From contig JAKMXF010000011.1 of assembly GCA_024704765.1 (NCBI GenBank), forward strand, positions 851,557 to 915,556: a stretch of 64,000 nucleotides of DNA. The letters are read 5' to 3'. Made by a program: the position numbers and the translations under genes. The notes beneath the pieces were generated by a model. The model ran no database searches. It was not told the origin of the DNA and worked only from the letters and a program-made list of their open reading frames with translations. Origin of the DNA: Oopsacas minuta. Lineage: Eukaryota > Animalia > Porifera. This document shows positions 1-13,000 of this stretch, piece by piece (position 1 is the first letter of the stretch; each line of letters opens with the position of its first letter).

Positions 1-857
1 GAACCAAGGATAATATTGAATTCAAGAAAACGTGATGTGAAGTATGAGACACCAAATGTTAAAATTATAAATCGTATAACTGCAAGATATGTCATTAACC
101 ACCCATACTGATGGGGTTCTAATTCAAACAAATCAATCGAGAAAATCGGTAGTAGTGAACTCCAAATCATACCAGGGACACCAGACAACAAGCATATCAT
201 AAATATAGGAATTACACCAGGGATTGATAATACATGTCTCCATGGTGAGAGATCGAAAAGTGACGTGTTTTTAGCTGATGTTAAATGTGCGTTATCTGAT
301 TTAACTGATGTTGGTATAAAGTATAGGATAAGAGGGATAACACTTATTGAACCTAAAGTTGCTATCCAAGCCGTGAATTGAGTTGAAAATAAGGTAATTA
401 AGTATCCAGCTGATAGAGAACCCATTATTAATCCTAGGGTATAGAATGCAGAAAGTTTCCCAAGAGCTCCCGCGCGTGATTTCGCATCGCTTACGTCAGC
501 GAGTACCATCTGACAGCCTTGCATTGTAGACATAAACATAGCGCATAAACGTGATATAACTATAAAATGTACCGAATCTGTGATAGCTAGGAAGAAATAA
601 GTCAATATTGTGGAAACAAACGCGAGTAAAAGTGCCTTTTTCGCACCGTATATATCACCAAATCGACCATAAATAGGAGTACCTAGGAACTGTATAATAT
701 TGAATAGAGTTTGTATGTAAGCGTAGCCAACTGCATCAAGTCCTAATTCCTTCACTAAATAAGGTAGTACACTAGTTTGCATGAAGAAACAGAAACTGTA
801 GTTGAATATGAGGATGTAGATTACTACTACTAAGTTAGATGGGAGGGACGGCAGCAT
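1..857 (-). CDS. SLC22A18: MFS transporter, SLC22A18-like; 3' end runs off the window start (absent from the ORF track)
   Basis: Manual translation from the ATG at 857: MLPSLPSNLVVVIYILIFNYSFCFFMQTSVLPYLVKELGLDAVGYAYIQTLFNIIQFLGTPIYGRFGDIYGAKKALLL...QMVLADVSDAKSRAGALGKL. It contains MFS motif A (GRFGDIYGAK) and is open to base 1. A probable 5'UTR intron lies at 875-945 (GTGGGT...CATAG). Confidence 0.85.
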   Translation of the reverse strand, partial: MLPSLPSNLVVVIYILIFNYSFCFFMQTSVLPYLVKELGLDAVGYAYIQTLFNIIQFLGTPIYGRFGDIYGAKKALLLAFVSTILTYFFLAITDSVHFIVISRLCAMFMSTMQGCQMVLADVSDAKSRAGALGKLSAFYTLGLIMGSLSAGYLITLFSTQFTAWIATLGSISVIPLILYFIPTSVKSDNAHLTSAKNTSLFDLSPWRHVLSIPGVIPIFMICLLSGVPGMIWSSLLPIFSIDLFELEPHQYGWLMTYLAVIRFIILTFGVSYFTSRFLEFNIILG

Positions 858-1452
858 AGTGAAGTGGGGGTGAGCTATGTGATATGAATAATATACATAT
901 ATTAATGTGATGTCATATTCTTATAAGGAAATTGGTATAACCCACCTCCGTTTTTAAACTTTCAAATCGTTATCGTCGACGTGATACTTCGTAATCAAAA
1001 GACCAAGGATTCAGCAGTCAGGGTAACCAGAAATTGTGAGAGTAACGACGAGATTGTGAAAGTTCAGAAACCCCCAATCATGACCCATGAATTATATTAA
1101 ATTTCTAGCCGAATTGTTTCGATAAATATACACAAGATATTCCCACATATTACAATTATACAACTAATCTAAAATAACATATAATTGTATAAGGAAGATA
1201 TCAATAAAATGTGTTTCTAATTGTTCTGAAAAGTCTAATATGAATAACTAGTAAAGAAAACATAAATGGACAGGGACAAACAAATACAATGTTTGTAACA
1301 ATCTGATCTGCTAAATCTATATATCATACACAAAAAGAGAGAATAGAGAAGTAAATTGACCAAAGATGATAATATACAACATGCAACGGAAACAGAATAT
1401 ACTATTTTTGAGCAGGCTATTAGGTAGGCTGGGACAGGCCAAAACTCAAACT

Positions 1453-1794
1453 TCAACAGTCGAGAAAATTGGCAGCCATGAGCAATTCAAGTGCGATTTC
1501 TGGTGCAATAGGAAATTCGGGTATTTCGGTTGAACTGTTAGTGTAACGCACTTTGTATGTGAAGTAGGTGCAAACTTTCGCGAGCACGTGAGAGGGAATT
1601 TCACGGAATTCGACACGATCATCCTCTTCATCAAGCATAGCCCCTGGTCCTGAAAGCATAGCCTTTATGGTAGCAGAAGTGAGGGCGTGCTCCTTCCTAA
1701 TATAAAACTCGTGCAAATCAGAGGAAACAAGCTTCACCCATTGATCAGGACCAACTGATGGTGCTGCTTCCATGTTTGTTAATTCTGTTGCCAT
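1453..1794 (-). CDS. ELOC: Elongin C
   Basis: [11 protein letters not shown]...[13 protein letters not shown] and [50 protein letters not shown] are near-invariant Elongin C sequence. Confidence 0.98.
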   Translation of the reverse strand: MATELTNMEAAPSVGPDQWVKLVSSDLHEFYIRKEHALTSATIKAMLSGPGAMLDEEDDRVEFREIPSHVLAKVCTYFTYKVRYTNSSTEIPEFPIAPEIALELLMAANFLDC

Positions 1795-1840
1795 CTGAAT
1801 ATGCCTACCTACTAGTTAGAGGAAATAGACCAATTATATA

Positions 1841-1979
1841 TAGTCAACTCTGGTTTTATCGAAGCTCAAGGAACTGCGATAATTCAATATAACGATGGAA
1901 TTATGTTACTTTGACTGTTTTGGACCATATTTGTACAATTTCTGGCTTCGATAAAAGCGGGTATAACGGGAGTTGATTG
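1841..1979. mobile_element. MITE family A (Tc1/mariner, pogo-like), copy 1
   Basis: TA|TAGTCAACTCTGGTTTTATCGAAG ... GGTATAACGGGAGTTGATTG|TA. Internal GGACCATATTTGTACAA is the exact reverse complement of TTGTACAAATATGGTCC in the 49633 copy. Confidence 0.75.
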
Positions 1980-2744
1980 TATATAGTATTTCAATGTAAT
2001 GATTATCCGAACTCGTTCGGGGAATCAACCCGATCAAGCTAGCCAAAGTATATGAATTCTCTGTCCACAAACGTCGACTTCTGACATAGAAATATGCCAA
2101 ATAACCAATCGAAAATACATGTAATATTCCCTTCTCAATTTTGAAACTTAGCAAAAATTGATCAGGAGATAATTACCTTATTAATTAGCACACAAAGGTC
2201 ACACGCAATTGACTAAAAAATGTTCTATTTAGTCTACTTATATGATTGCATTTACCTATTATTTGATTAGAAAGAAACTTGATATTTCTAAATATAAATT
2301 CAATAGAATAGAGCTAGAGGGAGGCTAGTTATTAGGAAATATAGCATGGTGAAGCTCCTATAGTTACATACATTGTCCATAGGTATTCTAATTGGGTTGT
2401 GTTGGTAGAATTGTTTGTGAGAAGACATAGTTTAGACGTAATAATCATACTTTGATTCTAAGAATAGCTTAAGTATAACTACGGAGACGGTTTGTCTGTG
2501 TTTTAGATGTCTATAAGGGAAGTTAGATAATAGTTTAGGGTACTCTTATCATGAATGTATTATACTTACGAATAATTCAAAATTGGCCCACTTAAACGTA
2601 TTGAAATTTGTGTCATAATGTGATTATTATTCTGAAAAGATATGCAAACGGTTTAATTATTCTCCACATTTTTAGCAAAATTAAGTAATATTTTAAGAGT
2701 AAACTAAAAGTGATTTGATAGAGAAAGGATTTGATCACCTAAAA

Positions 2745-2905
2745 ATATGTAAGCCACAAACGGCATACCATAGACATCGAAAAATGCTACCCAGTTTCGC
2801 CGTTGTGGAAGTTCAATTGTATGGGACTAGGAATTAGCTCTATTTATTTCACTCAGTTTCCAGAAGTTCCCGTTTCCACAGGCTTTGTTTTCGGAGGTTT
2901 GACTG
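2745..2905. mobile_element. MITE family B, degenerate copy
   Basis: Shares AAATGCTACCC, TATGGGACTAGGAATT, ACTCAGTTTCCAG and CCCGTTTCCACAGGC with 30000-30178. The right end GGAGGTTTGACTG is a decayed TIR; the left end is approximate. Confidence 0.7.
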
Positions 2906-2989
2906 CATAATACATTATATTCGGAGGTGTCGGAAAGGATAAAAATGAAACAGATTATAGCATATCCTAAAAGTGATAAGACTAATAAA

Positions 2990-4087
2990 CTACAAAATAT
3001 AGATCTGCTTCTGATTTGTATAAGGTGTGAAATAACGTTCAATCGCCTCTTTAAATGATTCCAACTTAAACTCTTCCATGACTGGTCCTACAATCCTCTC
3101 ATCTACAACCATTCTACTAATTCCCTCAATCATTTTCTTATACTCACTACTTCCACCATTCTCTTCCAACCATCTTGTATTCCAATACCCAACATAACGA
3201 TGATCCATGAAGATAAGTTTCCCCGCTGGTATAACGTTCGGCTCGCGTGACATTGCCCCGTATGTAACCACAACACCCTTGGTCTCTAAATAGCTACTCA
3301 TATCACTAACACTCTTACCGCCTACCGCATTCAATGCAAGTTTTGCCTTACCGAATTTTTGAATAATTCCGGCCTTCTCCCTCGGTAATCTAATTTGTTT
3401 ATCACTCAACACAATATTGGCGCCTAAATCTTCCAACAGGTTTTGTACCTTTCTAAAATCTTCACGGTCCCGTATAATATTAATTGTCTTAACGCCTTTA
3501 TACTTAGCTAGTTGTATGACCATCTGACCTACAGCGCTATTTGCCGCGTTTTGTATCAGTGTATCACCGACTTTTAACTCTACGAAATCCTGAAGCATTC
3601 TATAAGCAGTACAAGGGTTTACAAGAAGGGTAGCTGCAAATTGTATTGGGAGAGATTTAGAAACTTTTTCTAAGAGTGTATGCGAAGTTATAAGGTGTGA
3701 TCTCCAAGTGCCTATACCAGGACGAGCTGCGATAACATGGTCACCTGGTGATATATTAGATACATTTTTACCGGTTTTTAACACTTCTCCAACGAATTCA
3801 TTGCCTGGGGTAGCAGGTAATTTCGGTAAATGCATATACGTTCCTTCTATTTGATTTATATCTGAAGGGTTAATGGGCGTGGCTAACACGGCTACCAACA
3901 CTTGATCATCTTCTATAGAAACCGTATCCAACTTTTCTTCAACTAGCTCCAGTAAATTACGGGGGTTTCCATGTTTGGAATAGACAATTTTACGCGAATT
4001 AAAGTATGTACTCATTGAAATTGCATTGGCGTTGAGTTTGATAATTAGTTGACGGAATATATTGATAGAGAGACATTTGGAAAACAT
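2990..4087 (-). CDS. MECR: Mitochondrial trans-2-enoyl-CoA/ACP reductase
   Basis: MDR-family motifs PINPSDINQIEGTY, GNEFVGEV, GTWR, VNPCTAYRML, IQNAANSAVGQMVIQ, LALNAVGGKS and TYGAMSREP, with a basic presequence-like N-terminus. Confidence 0.96.
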   Translation of the reverse strand: MFSKCLSINIFRQLIIKLNANAISMSTYFNSRKIVYSKHGNPRNLLELVEEKLDTVSIEDDQVLVAVLATPINPSDINQIEGTYMHLPKLPATPGNEFVGEVLKTGKNVSNISPGDHVIAARPGIGTWRSHLITSHTLLEKVSKSLPIQFAATLLVNPCTAYRMLQDFVELKVGDTLIQNAANSAVGQMVIQLAKYKGVKTINIIRDREDFRKVQNLLEDLGANIVLSDKQIRLPREKAGIIQKFGKAKLALNAVGGKSVSDMSSYLETKGVVVTYGAMSREPNVIPAGKLIFMDHRYVGYWNTRWLEENGGSSEYKKMIEGISRMVVDERIVGPVMEEFKLESFKEAIERYFTPYTNQKQIYIL

Positions 4088-4114
4088 TATTGGTGAATTC
4101 AGCCTAGAATAATA

Positions 4115-4272
4115 CAGTAGATGCCAGCTATAAGAACCTCATTAGGAGTAACAATACATGTTCTTATAACCGGGATAGAATATACAGAAATATATGGGGA
4201 CAGATTTCCAGAGGATGGTACTTAAATCCGGCATGTTCTTATTCCCCGTGTTCTCATAACCGGAATACATTA
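4115..4272. mobile_element. MITE family C, longer degenerate copy
   Basis: TA|CAGTAGATGCCAGCTATAAGAAC ... GTTCTCATAACCGGAATACATTA|TA, with an internal GTTCTTATAACCGG repeat. The ends resemble those of 50380-50445. Confidence 0.6.
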
Positions 4273-4436
4273 TATCAGTTATAACTATAAAAGTCGAAAA
4301 AGAAATACACTTTACATACATAATATCGATGTACAACAATTTCCAAGTACAAAATGAGAAAAATTTACATATTTTGAAACATGCTAGTATATATCTAATG
4401 AAGTCCTAACAAGAATGTAGAAATAAAATTTCAATT

Positions 4437-6647
4437 TTAACTATCTGTCAAACCTTTCAAAAATTCTAAACACCACTCTGTCCCATACTCAGATTTTGGT
4501 TTCCAGTACTGATAATCTGAGAATGTATTATCAATAACATCAGGGCCTTTTAAGTATGGATAAACATAGTCAACGTATTCGGTCAGGTTTGTGTAGCTGG
4601 ATTGGAAAGAGAGAGCTTGTTGATGACGTAATTGCCCTCTACTGTTGATTATAAATATCAAAGATTTTGGTATACCAATTGCTTCGTATGATGTCACATC
4701 TGTCTGTCTGTTTCCGTAGCCCGCGAAAAATGGATTTGAACCAGGTGGAAAAATACTTTTCACCTCTTCCAAACATCTTATCTTAAATACGTCGGGTTTT
4801 TTCGCGATAACTTCCTGGTGAAAAGCCCCGAAGAGTGACAAAGGCGCAAGTAGAAGTGGACCATCCGGAAGTGAAATATTTCGTTGTTTTATTTTCTGTA
4901 AAAGCGCACGTGTTGGATTGGATTGCCCAATCGCCCTCGCAGATAAATAAATAAATTTATAGCCATTAGCTTCAATTTTACTAAACAAATCCGTTACACC
5001 CTTTTGAGACCAATCCTTTCCTAAAATTGGTAAAATCTGTCCGAGCGCATCCGATTTCGTTATGGTACCATCAATATCCGATATGACAATCTTATCATAA
5101 TAATTCCAAAGGTATAAAGTACAGACAACTCGACATGTACCTTGATACCGAGTGATTACGGAGAGAGAAACCTCATTTGCTCCTTCTTTAAGAGGGAGAC
5201 ATGCCAGCTGTTCAGATGTCAACACATTGGTGATCTTACTGGGTAATAGGAATTCAGTTTGAGAGTCAATTGGAATTGTTTCGTCAATACTGTTTGTTAG
5301 CATTGAGGAATCTTCGATAAATTTCGGAGTTTTCGGCTCGCTACCTATTGAGATTTGATCGGATTTCTTACTCCAGTTGAACCAGGATCTAATACGAGAT
5401 TGTTTTTGCTCTAAATTGAGTTTGACAATGTTCTCTGTTGACAAAGGTTCATTAAAACATATTCTACTCATCAAAATAGGTGCAGCTACTCGCCAGTTAT
5501 AATATTTTCCATTGATACGCACCACTAGATTTGGATCAGATAAGATATCAGTAGAACTTGAAAATTTCTCAAATGATACTAGATATTTGTCAAATAGTTC
5601 AGGCTCTATCGTTTTATCTAAATTTAGACCACCGCATAGAGACATTGCTACAGGACTTTCGCAGTTAGAAAACAAACCAAACGGGTTGCGTAGTGGTGGT
5701 GAAGAATTGGGCGAAACTGTTTGGGAGTTCTCTGGAGATGATCCAAGGTCAGAGCTGATATCAACAGGTTTAGATTGAGGAGGGATATGATTGGGTAATT
5801 CGGGTGTCTGTGTCAAATCAGGCGTACGAGGCAATTCAGGTGTATGTGAGGATTTAGGTGTGTTTGGTGCTATTGCTGTGATATTATTGAGGCTAATAGG
5901 TATATTATGTTGTTCTGGAGATGAAGATAGAGGGATTGGAGTTGGAGAAGTAGATCCAGACAATAATTTCTTCATTTTACCAATAATTCCATCATTGGGT
6001 GGGTCAGTACTCTCATCAACAGCTGACAAATTATTCCCGCAATCAGTAAATTCCAGGTGATCAGCTGAGTTGTGTTTCCATAGCCAAATATTCTCACTTA
6101 ACAAATGCTCATCATTTGATTCATAAATAGGAGCACCTTCTGAAATAGACCTAGTGCGACCAATACTACTTACTGTTGATTGAAAACTTCTTAGAGATGG
6201 TGTACGCAAGTTTCTACATTCAATCTGTGTATCTTCTGGGTATATATCGTCAAATTGGAATAGTTCTTCACCTGTATCTGATTCTATAACAAATATATTA
6301 TCAACTTCATCAAAATTCTTAATGGATTGGTATTCAAATTCGTCATTTGGACTGTTGCATGTGCTAGCACGATCTTCAATACTATTCACTATCATAGCTG
6401 TTCCCCACTCGTTTAAACGTATATTCAAATGATCCATCACTTCACCGTTTACACATAATTCAACCTCTTTTTCACGACTACGTAAAACGCCGAGTTTCCC
6501 GAAATGCGCGTGTATTGGTGAACTTACAAGCGATCCATCTTTCTGTCTTACAACAATGATATCTATTGCTCCTGTTAAATTCGCTCCATTCATATCATTG
6601 TAAAAATCTCTAACAGCTTTGCCAGCCTTGATTAAGTATCTAGTCAT
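4437..6647 (-). CDS. LPIN: Lipin (phosphatidate phosphatase), single exon
   Basis: NLIP domain (GAIDIIVVRQKDGSL...HFGKLGVLRSREK), Lipin_mid (DPNLVVRINGKYYNW), and LNS2 with catalytic DIDGT and LGQIL. The first in-frame ATG is 6647; the track starts at a TTG (6656). Confidence 0.97.
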   Translation of the reverse strand: MTRYLIKAGKAVRDFYNDMNGANLTGAIDIIVVRQKDGSLVSSPIHAHFGKLGVLRSREKEVELCVNGEVMDHLNIRLNEWGTAMIVNSIEDRASTCNSPNDEFEYQSIKNFDEVDNIFVIESDTGEELFQFDDIYPEDTQIECRNLRTPSLRSFQSTVSSIGRTRSISEGAPIYESNDEHLLSENIWLWKHNSADHLEFTDCGNNLSAVDESTDPPNDGIIGKMKKLLSGSTSPTPIPLSSSPEQHNIPISLNNITAIAPNTPKSSHTPELPRTPDLTQTPELPNHIPPQSKPVDISSDLGSSPENSQTVSPNSSPPLRNPFGLFSNCESPVAMSLCGGLNLDKTIEPELFDKYLVSFEKFSSSTDILSDPNLVVRINGKYYNWRVAAPILMSRICFNEPLSTENIVKLNLEQKQSRIRSWFNWSKKSDQISIGSEPKTPKFIEDSSMLTNSIDETIPIDSQTEFLLPSKITNVLTSEQLACLPLKEGANEVSLSVITRYQGTCRVVCTLYLWNYYDKIVISDIDGTITKSDALGQILPILGKDWSQKGVTDLFSKIEANGYKFIYLSARAIGQSNPTRALLQKIKQRNISLPDGPLLLAPLSLFGAFHQEVIAKKPDVFKIRCLEEVKSIFPPGSNPFFAGYGNRQTDVTSYEAIGIPKSLIFIINSRGQLRHQQALSFQSSYTNLTEYVDYVYPYLKGPDVIDNTFSDYQYWKPKSEYGTEWCLEFLKGLTDS

Positions 6648-7087
6648 TCTGTTCAATAATTTTACTGAGTTTCATTTACCCTATATTTATACATACTAAC
6701 GGTGATCTTTCATTGTCTAAATATCTTACGTTTGTCAGCGTGGGTTCAAGTTAACTATTTAATACCTGGAAATGTTGTAATTCTGCTTAGTAAACCTCAA
6801 ATCATACGGCAATGTATAGTGGATTGATATTAGAAATATAATCATGAAACAGACACAATATGTATAATCAGAGGATAATTTAAATTAATATGTTTGTTTC
6901 CTTTTTTTCAGGTCAAGTGATATGTTTGTTGATTTTGCCAATATTTTACTGAAGTGGTTATTTTTAGTATATTTGTGTATATTTATTAAGATATACTGAA
7001 CAAAGTATTTATGAGATTTGAATATTCCAAATGAGTACTATTTACAACAAAATTTACAATAAGTGATGCAGGTAACCGAAAATAACT

Positions 7088-10000
7088 TCATTTTAAGACA
7101 GAAAAACTGTTCGTAAGCTCGTTTACAACCTCTTGTAGTTTGGTTAGTTTATTACCAACTTCTTCTATCACTATTTTTTGACCGTCTTTGCCTTCAATTG
7201 AATCTGTGTTCACGTATATCTCTTTATACTTAATTTTACCTTTTACTATTCTTAAAGAGAGTTCTACTATAGCATCGTATTCAGGGTATGCTTTAGCAAT
7301 TAATTCAGGAGTTAAGCCATCTGTCCTTGATACAAATGTATTAAGAGTATTACGTAATTTTTCACCTAAGGTTTCGCTACGAACTTGTGTTGTATTCTTA
7401 GCCAAGTCTGTTGCTCTTACAGTTAACATCATTGGAGATTTCGGTATATTTGGTAATTTTTTCTTGCCTCTACGGGTGAATGATCGTGTCAACACGCCCT
7501 CAATTCCAACTGAAGCGATATTATCTGTGCTGAAAGAAAATTGTGTCTTTGATTGATTAAATTTCTGTAAGAGTTTGCTCTCTCCAGCAGGAGATAAGCT
7601 AGGAGAGAGATTAGCTAGTTGTTGTAGAGAACTAGCGTTTGATAGAGGATGAGTTAATATAGGATTCGCGAACAATTTTTTATTTTGAACAGGATTAGGA
7701 CTCATTAAAGATTGCATTGAAGTAGCACGTTCTATTACAGCTGATTTTGAAATTTGATGTTCCAATTTTGTGAGTAATCTCGGTGAACCAACCGGTGTAT
7801 TATCTGATTCAGTTTCAGAATAACATAGTGTAGATGTAACACTAGCAAGGAGCGAGCTATCAACACTAGCTAACGGCTGACTAACACTCAATACTTCATT
7901 CCCTATGACGCCACTCGTATCTTCAATTAATGGGTTTTCGGATACAGCAAATGATACATCTATATTTTCAATATCAGAACACTCTTCTATAGGAGATGGC
8001 TTAGATATTGGTACCATGCTAGCTGATGCTATATCATCCTTACGTTGCTCATATAGAACACTTAATGATGTAGATCTATGCTTTAAGTTTGATCCAACTA
8101 CAACACAAAGAGGACTGAATGTTGGTGCTTCATCATTATTCTGTATGTACGGTGTGAATGGTTGGTTATCAGAGATAGGACTCTCTTCTCCATCGCCTTC
8201 AGTCCTTGCTCCTTTGACAGAGTATGTAGATTTAGTAGAGAGTGTAGAGAAACTGGCATCTATCATTGCTAGAATAATAACTACCCATTAAACAGCCAGA
8301 TACAGACAACTTCCGTTATACCGAAGCTCAGGGGACCACGATAATTACTTCAATATGACAAATGAAATTTATATTACTTAGATGGTCCATGTTTGTATAA
8401 TTTCGGACTCTGGGTATTTCAATATATCCGTGTTGGATATAATGGGAGTTGACTGTACGTATAATGAATTACATTACCTGTGTTCAGTAGATTCTCAGGT
8501 GTAGTCAGGTTCATCATTGATTCAGCTCGTTGTGCCCATTTTCCAGAAGGCATAGGGAGACCCCACATACTCTTACTACACCGTGAATCAGGCGTTAGAG
8601 AACGCTTTGCAACTTGATCATCTGTGTTTGATATGAGATGTCGTTGTGCCCATGGTGGTAGTTTAGAAATAGTAGTTTGTACCCAGTTAGTTGTATCCTC
8701 GGAGGCTGCTAGTGTTGAAGAGACCATGGGGTCTTCTTCTGAGGAAGTCCCTTGTTTTGGTGTGGATAATAGCTCACAATCATTCTCTACAATCTAATGT
8801 ATAAACATATAAATAACTGACGGACAGAAATTGTGTTAAATCAACATACATTTTGTGCTTCTAGAGTTCCTTTATACAGAATATGTTTGTGGATAAACTG
8901 AAAAACGTCATTCGGTAATTTCCATACAAAAACACAACCATCTCCTCCTACCGACACGAAATACCTTCCATCCTGACTGAACCTTACACTCAATATCATT
9001 TCAGAGTGTCCGCACACATGTGAGAGAAATGTCTTTGCATAGGTGTCAAATAACAACACATACTTTTGCACCGAAGTTGTAACTAGGTAACGACCTGTTG
9101 GATCAAATACTAAGTGGGAAAACCCCTTTTCTTCTCCACTTCCACTCAGTTTTCCTATACTACGAGTACTGAGCTCATCTAAGCTATAGAATCTCACATG
9201 CTTGTCTTGCCCTACAACAGCTATTCTACGTTTCACAGGGTCAATATCCATGCCATATATACTCGTGTTATTCACTATATGATGCTTCATTTCAAAACTC
9301 ATATTAGATATTGTGAATAAAAATAGCTTTATTGACCGGTCAGTTGCACAGGAAATCAGGTAGAGAGATGGAATTTCGTCTTTAAAATCTTTTAAGTAGA
9401 ACTGCATACAAGTAATTGCTCCACTGTGTGCAGATAAACTTTGGAGTTGTGTGAAATTATCGTCAATAGTATATATTTGTATTGTCCTATCTTTCCCACT
9501 TGAAGCCATTAGAGCTGGGAAATTTACAATTTCCGGAGAGAAATCAACTTGCAATACTTCTCCACTATGTACAGGAAAACAGTATATTTGTTTCATACTC
9601 AGCAAGTCATAAACTCTAATGGAGCCGCCCTTCTCTCCTGCCCCTAGGTATAGACCGTCTGGACTAACTTTAATGCACTTTACACCAGACATATTGTCTT
9701 GTTGGAATTCTTTAGGTGGATCTATTATAGCATTAGTTAAATCCATTGTTTTTACTGTAGTATTCGCCTATTTGCAATATTTGCCCTATAGCAAGTTTTC
9801 AGTGACTTACAGTCCATTGTATGTTGGAAATACTTCATAGGATAGTATTAACAAGGGAAATTCGTGCAATATACGAATTGCTAATAGGCGAACTCCATTA
9901 TATCCACTATACGTATGTAGTTGGAAATACATTTTAAAATGGAAGCAAGATTGTGTAAGGCTAATTTCAACAAGCTATGACTATTTTACCCTGAAAACTG

Positions 10001-13000
10001 CTCTGATTTAGTTGTCTTACCTTGTGGAGAGAGAAGATGTATCAATTCAGGGCAATTGAATCCATTCACACTCACAGCACTATTTGCATCTGTAACACTA
10101 TCATCATCAGTATGTGAGAACTTCCATATCCTAACTGTCCCATCAGCTGATCCAGTCAGGAAGCAAGGAGGTAAGCAGGGGAGTTTTAAATTAGACGGGT
10201 ATACCTCTGCTGCCCAGATCTGTGACGAATGGAACAGGAAAGTTCGTATTGGCTTATCTTGAATTAATTTCTTACCATTTTCTCGTGCGTTCAGTAGATT
10301 ATAAATGTCCCAGATATAAATACTGTGATTTGAATATGATGATATCAACATTGACTGAGTCTGGAATATTGTTAAACCGAGTGCAGTGGGATGATACCTT
10401 AAGAAGGGGTAGTAATAATAAAATGTAGAAATTTAGTGTGAAAAGCGCGTGAACAAACCTGTTTTCTTCCAGGAACAACTTATCCTTGTCACCTGTCTCG
10501 CTCGACATAGCCAAAGGCACACACGTCACATATTGAAAACATGGAATTTCAAAAATACGAACCAATGCATTGATCCCTCCACAGAAAAAATAATTTCCTA
10601 TAACTGCAATACATCTTGCTTGTCTAATTTGTGTATCAAACCATGAAACAACTTCTCTATCTGAATTCAGTATAAGCATTATCCCTAGTAAAAATGTATT
10701 ATTATGACGTAATATGTAATATATTCGGCCGTAATATAGCTAACCATTAATTAACCATATAAGGTATGTATTGTGTAATCAATTATATATTTAGTAATCT
10801 GCATACTTCACCATAAATTCACATAAGTGTAATGTTAAAAATATCTGATCTGATCAGGGTCAGGAGAGTGGCCAGATAAATGGTATGTATGGGTTTTGAC
10901 CCTGTTTACCCAGTTGATCATTATTGTATAGAGCAAGCATGAGTTTTGCGTTTCTCCAGTGAATAATAATTATGTAAAATGCTAAGAGTTACTATTTCCA
11001 GGAATAAGCTTGCTTACCTCGTTGTGATAAAACATAAGTCTTGGTCAGTCTATCAATGCCTGTAGCTCCGAATTTAGCTTTACTACAACAAACTGCAATA
11101 TAATTTAATGATTGATGTGCTCCTAATACAGCAGCTCTAGAAACGACGGAGTTTACACGTCGTGACCTATGAGATAGTTCAGCATCAAATTGACAGAATC
11201 TAACTGTGCGTAAGCCAACTAATACAAAGAAAGAGCCATCTTCTGATACAGACATGCAGTTAACCTAAATGATGAAACAATGATTATATTCGGCTGATTC
11301 GAATATGTCTTGTTTTCATGACGTCACTGAAAGTGTCAATGGCCAAATATGCCTAATTAGGAGCTCAATCGATGGTGCTTGGATAGAAAAATAGGGCTCC
11401 CTTTACAGGAATTTGGTGAAATGGGCACCTGAAAAAACAAACAATTATCAATTAAACTATCCTCCAATCGAACGATTGAAATAGATATATGTTGTAGTAT
11501 GTATTTTCTGATCATGCCATTTTCCAGTAGAACATACAGGAGATAATTCCCATGTGCTTTCATACACTAGAGTAAGCATAAATGAGATGATGTAATAGTA
11601 ATTAAATATACACCCCAATGAGCGAGAAAGTAGATTTTATTAATGATATGAATAATTACAATTTTTGAAAATGTTTTCGCCTAAAACGAGATTATCTCAC
11701 TCAACTGTTTAATTGGGTATACTTACAAGTCTGTAGAGGTATAAAGAACGAGTGATAGCAGTTTGAATGTACAGTAATTCTATGGTATAATATATTAAAT
11801 AGAATAGGCTAGTTTCAGAATATATACCCTCACAACCACGACACCTTATTCAATTTGCAAAATTTTGTAGCGAAAGATAGCTGAATAATAATATACACTA
11901 AAGATAGGAATGGGATTATACATATTTACATATTCGCTATTATTGCTTGTGATGAAAAGCGCAGTATTATTCTTGCAATTAATGTATTTGTATGCTGTTA
12001 AGAATATGTTAGTTCTATATTTTGACATAATCTTCTTTTAGTTATTCAGGTCATTAAGAAGGCTCTTTTCGAATAAGTTCCGAAATTTCATTTTTCAATT
12101 CCTCTCTCTCCCTGACCAGTTGAGTTCGCAATTTTATCAAGTCACAAATACTAGCGTTATACTTCTTCCTAGCTTTCTTGTTTGAAATCTCATGTTTGTA
12201 TTCCTGGATGCTCGCAATGTATTTCAGTGGAAAGTTTGCTAATTTCATATCACATTTCACTGTAATTGTATTGATTGTACTCAATTTATTGGCGTCAATC
12301 AACAATAAAATGGATTTTGGATCATTCCGATCCTTTATAAGATTGACATCTCTTTTCCAGTTCGCAGTTAGAATACTTTTGATTGATTCTAGCATTGTTT
12401 GATTGTATGAGTCCTCCTTCTCCATTTTCCAGCTGTTTGTTCGTCTGTTTGTTTATTCAAATGATAAAGAAACATTTCTTTTATAGAAGAAGAAGTCTCA
12501 GAATATATATTTTTCCAGAAATATTTTCCAGTTTTTATGAACACATCCTCAAACGTTACGAATTATTGAAACATCCAATTCAAAATTAAATCCCCAAACT
12601 GAATTTCAGTTGTATACATGTACATAAATATAACCGGAGGTGATTATTGATCAATCTACTATGTTATGGAATACATAATATCCATTACAACGAATAAAAT
12701 ATTTGAAAAAGTTAGAGTATCAACAATAATATTGAGTAATCATATCCAAAATGTGTAAATGCCAGCTTTTGTGTATTTTCGCCCATCTGGACAAGCAACA
12801 GGAGTAACCAACTCACAACATTTCTAACAAGTAAAGTTTATCAATAGCAGGAGGATATATAAATGCAAGACTGCTTCAAAATATGTATACATGTATGTAT
12901 TTGTGTACTATGGAAATTGCAGAAAATAATGCAAATATGCTGAGCAAGAATAGCGTTTTATTCTAAACTTTGGACTTCAAGATTCAGCGCTCATTTTAAT

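Noticed and set aside
1906-2154. 82-aa minus-strand ORF upstream of ELOC
   Set aside because: Its 3' third reads through a family A MITE and it has no recognisable motif; more likely ELOC 5'UTR or intron sequence.
5512-6060. Plus-strand ORFs antisense to lipin (likewise those antisense to WDR62, VPS51, XRCC1, the RhoGAP and the DM13 genes, e.g. 59507-59824 (VVIGS)n)
   Set aside because: They are shadow ORFs of real coding sequence or of repeats on the opposite strand.
11357-11563. 68-aa ORF as an extra WDR62 exon or a fourth nested gene
   Set aside because: The WDR62 model is complete and in phase without it, and it shows no similarity to the bZIP-like trio.
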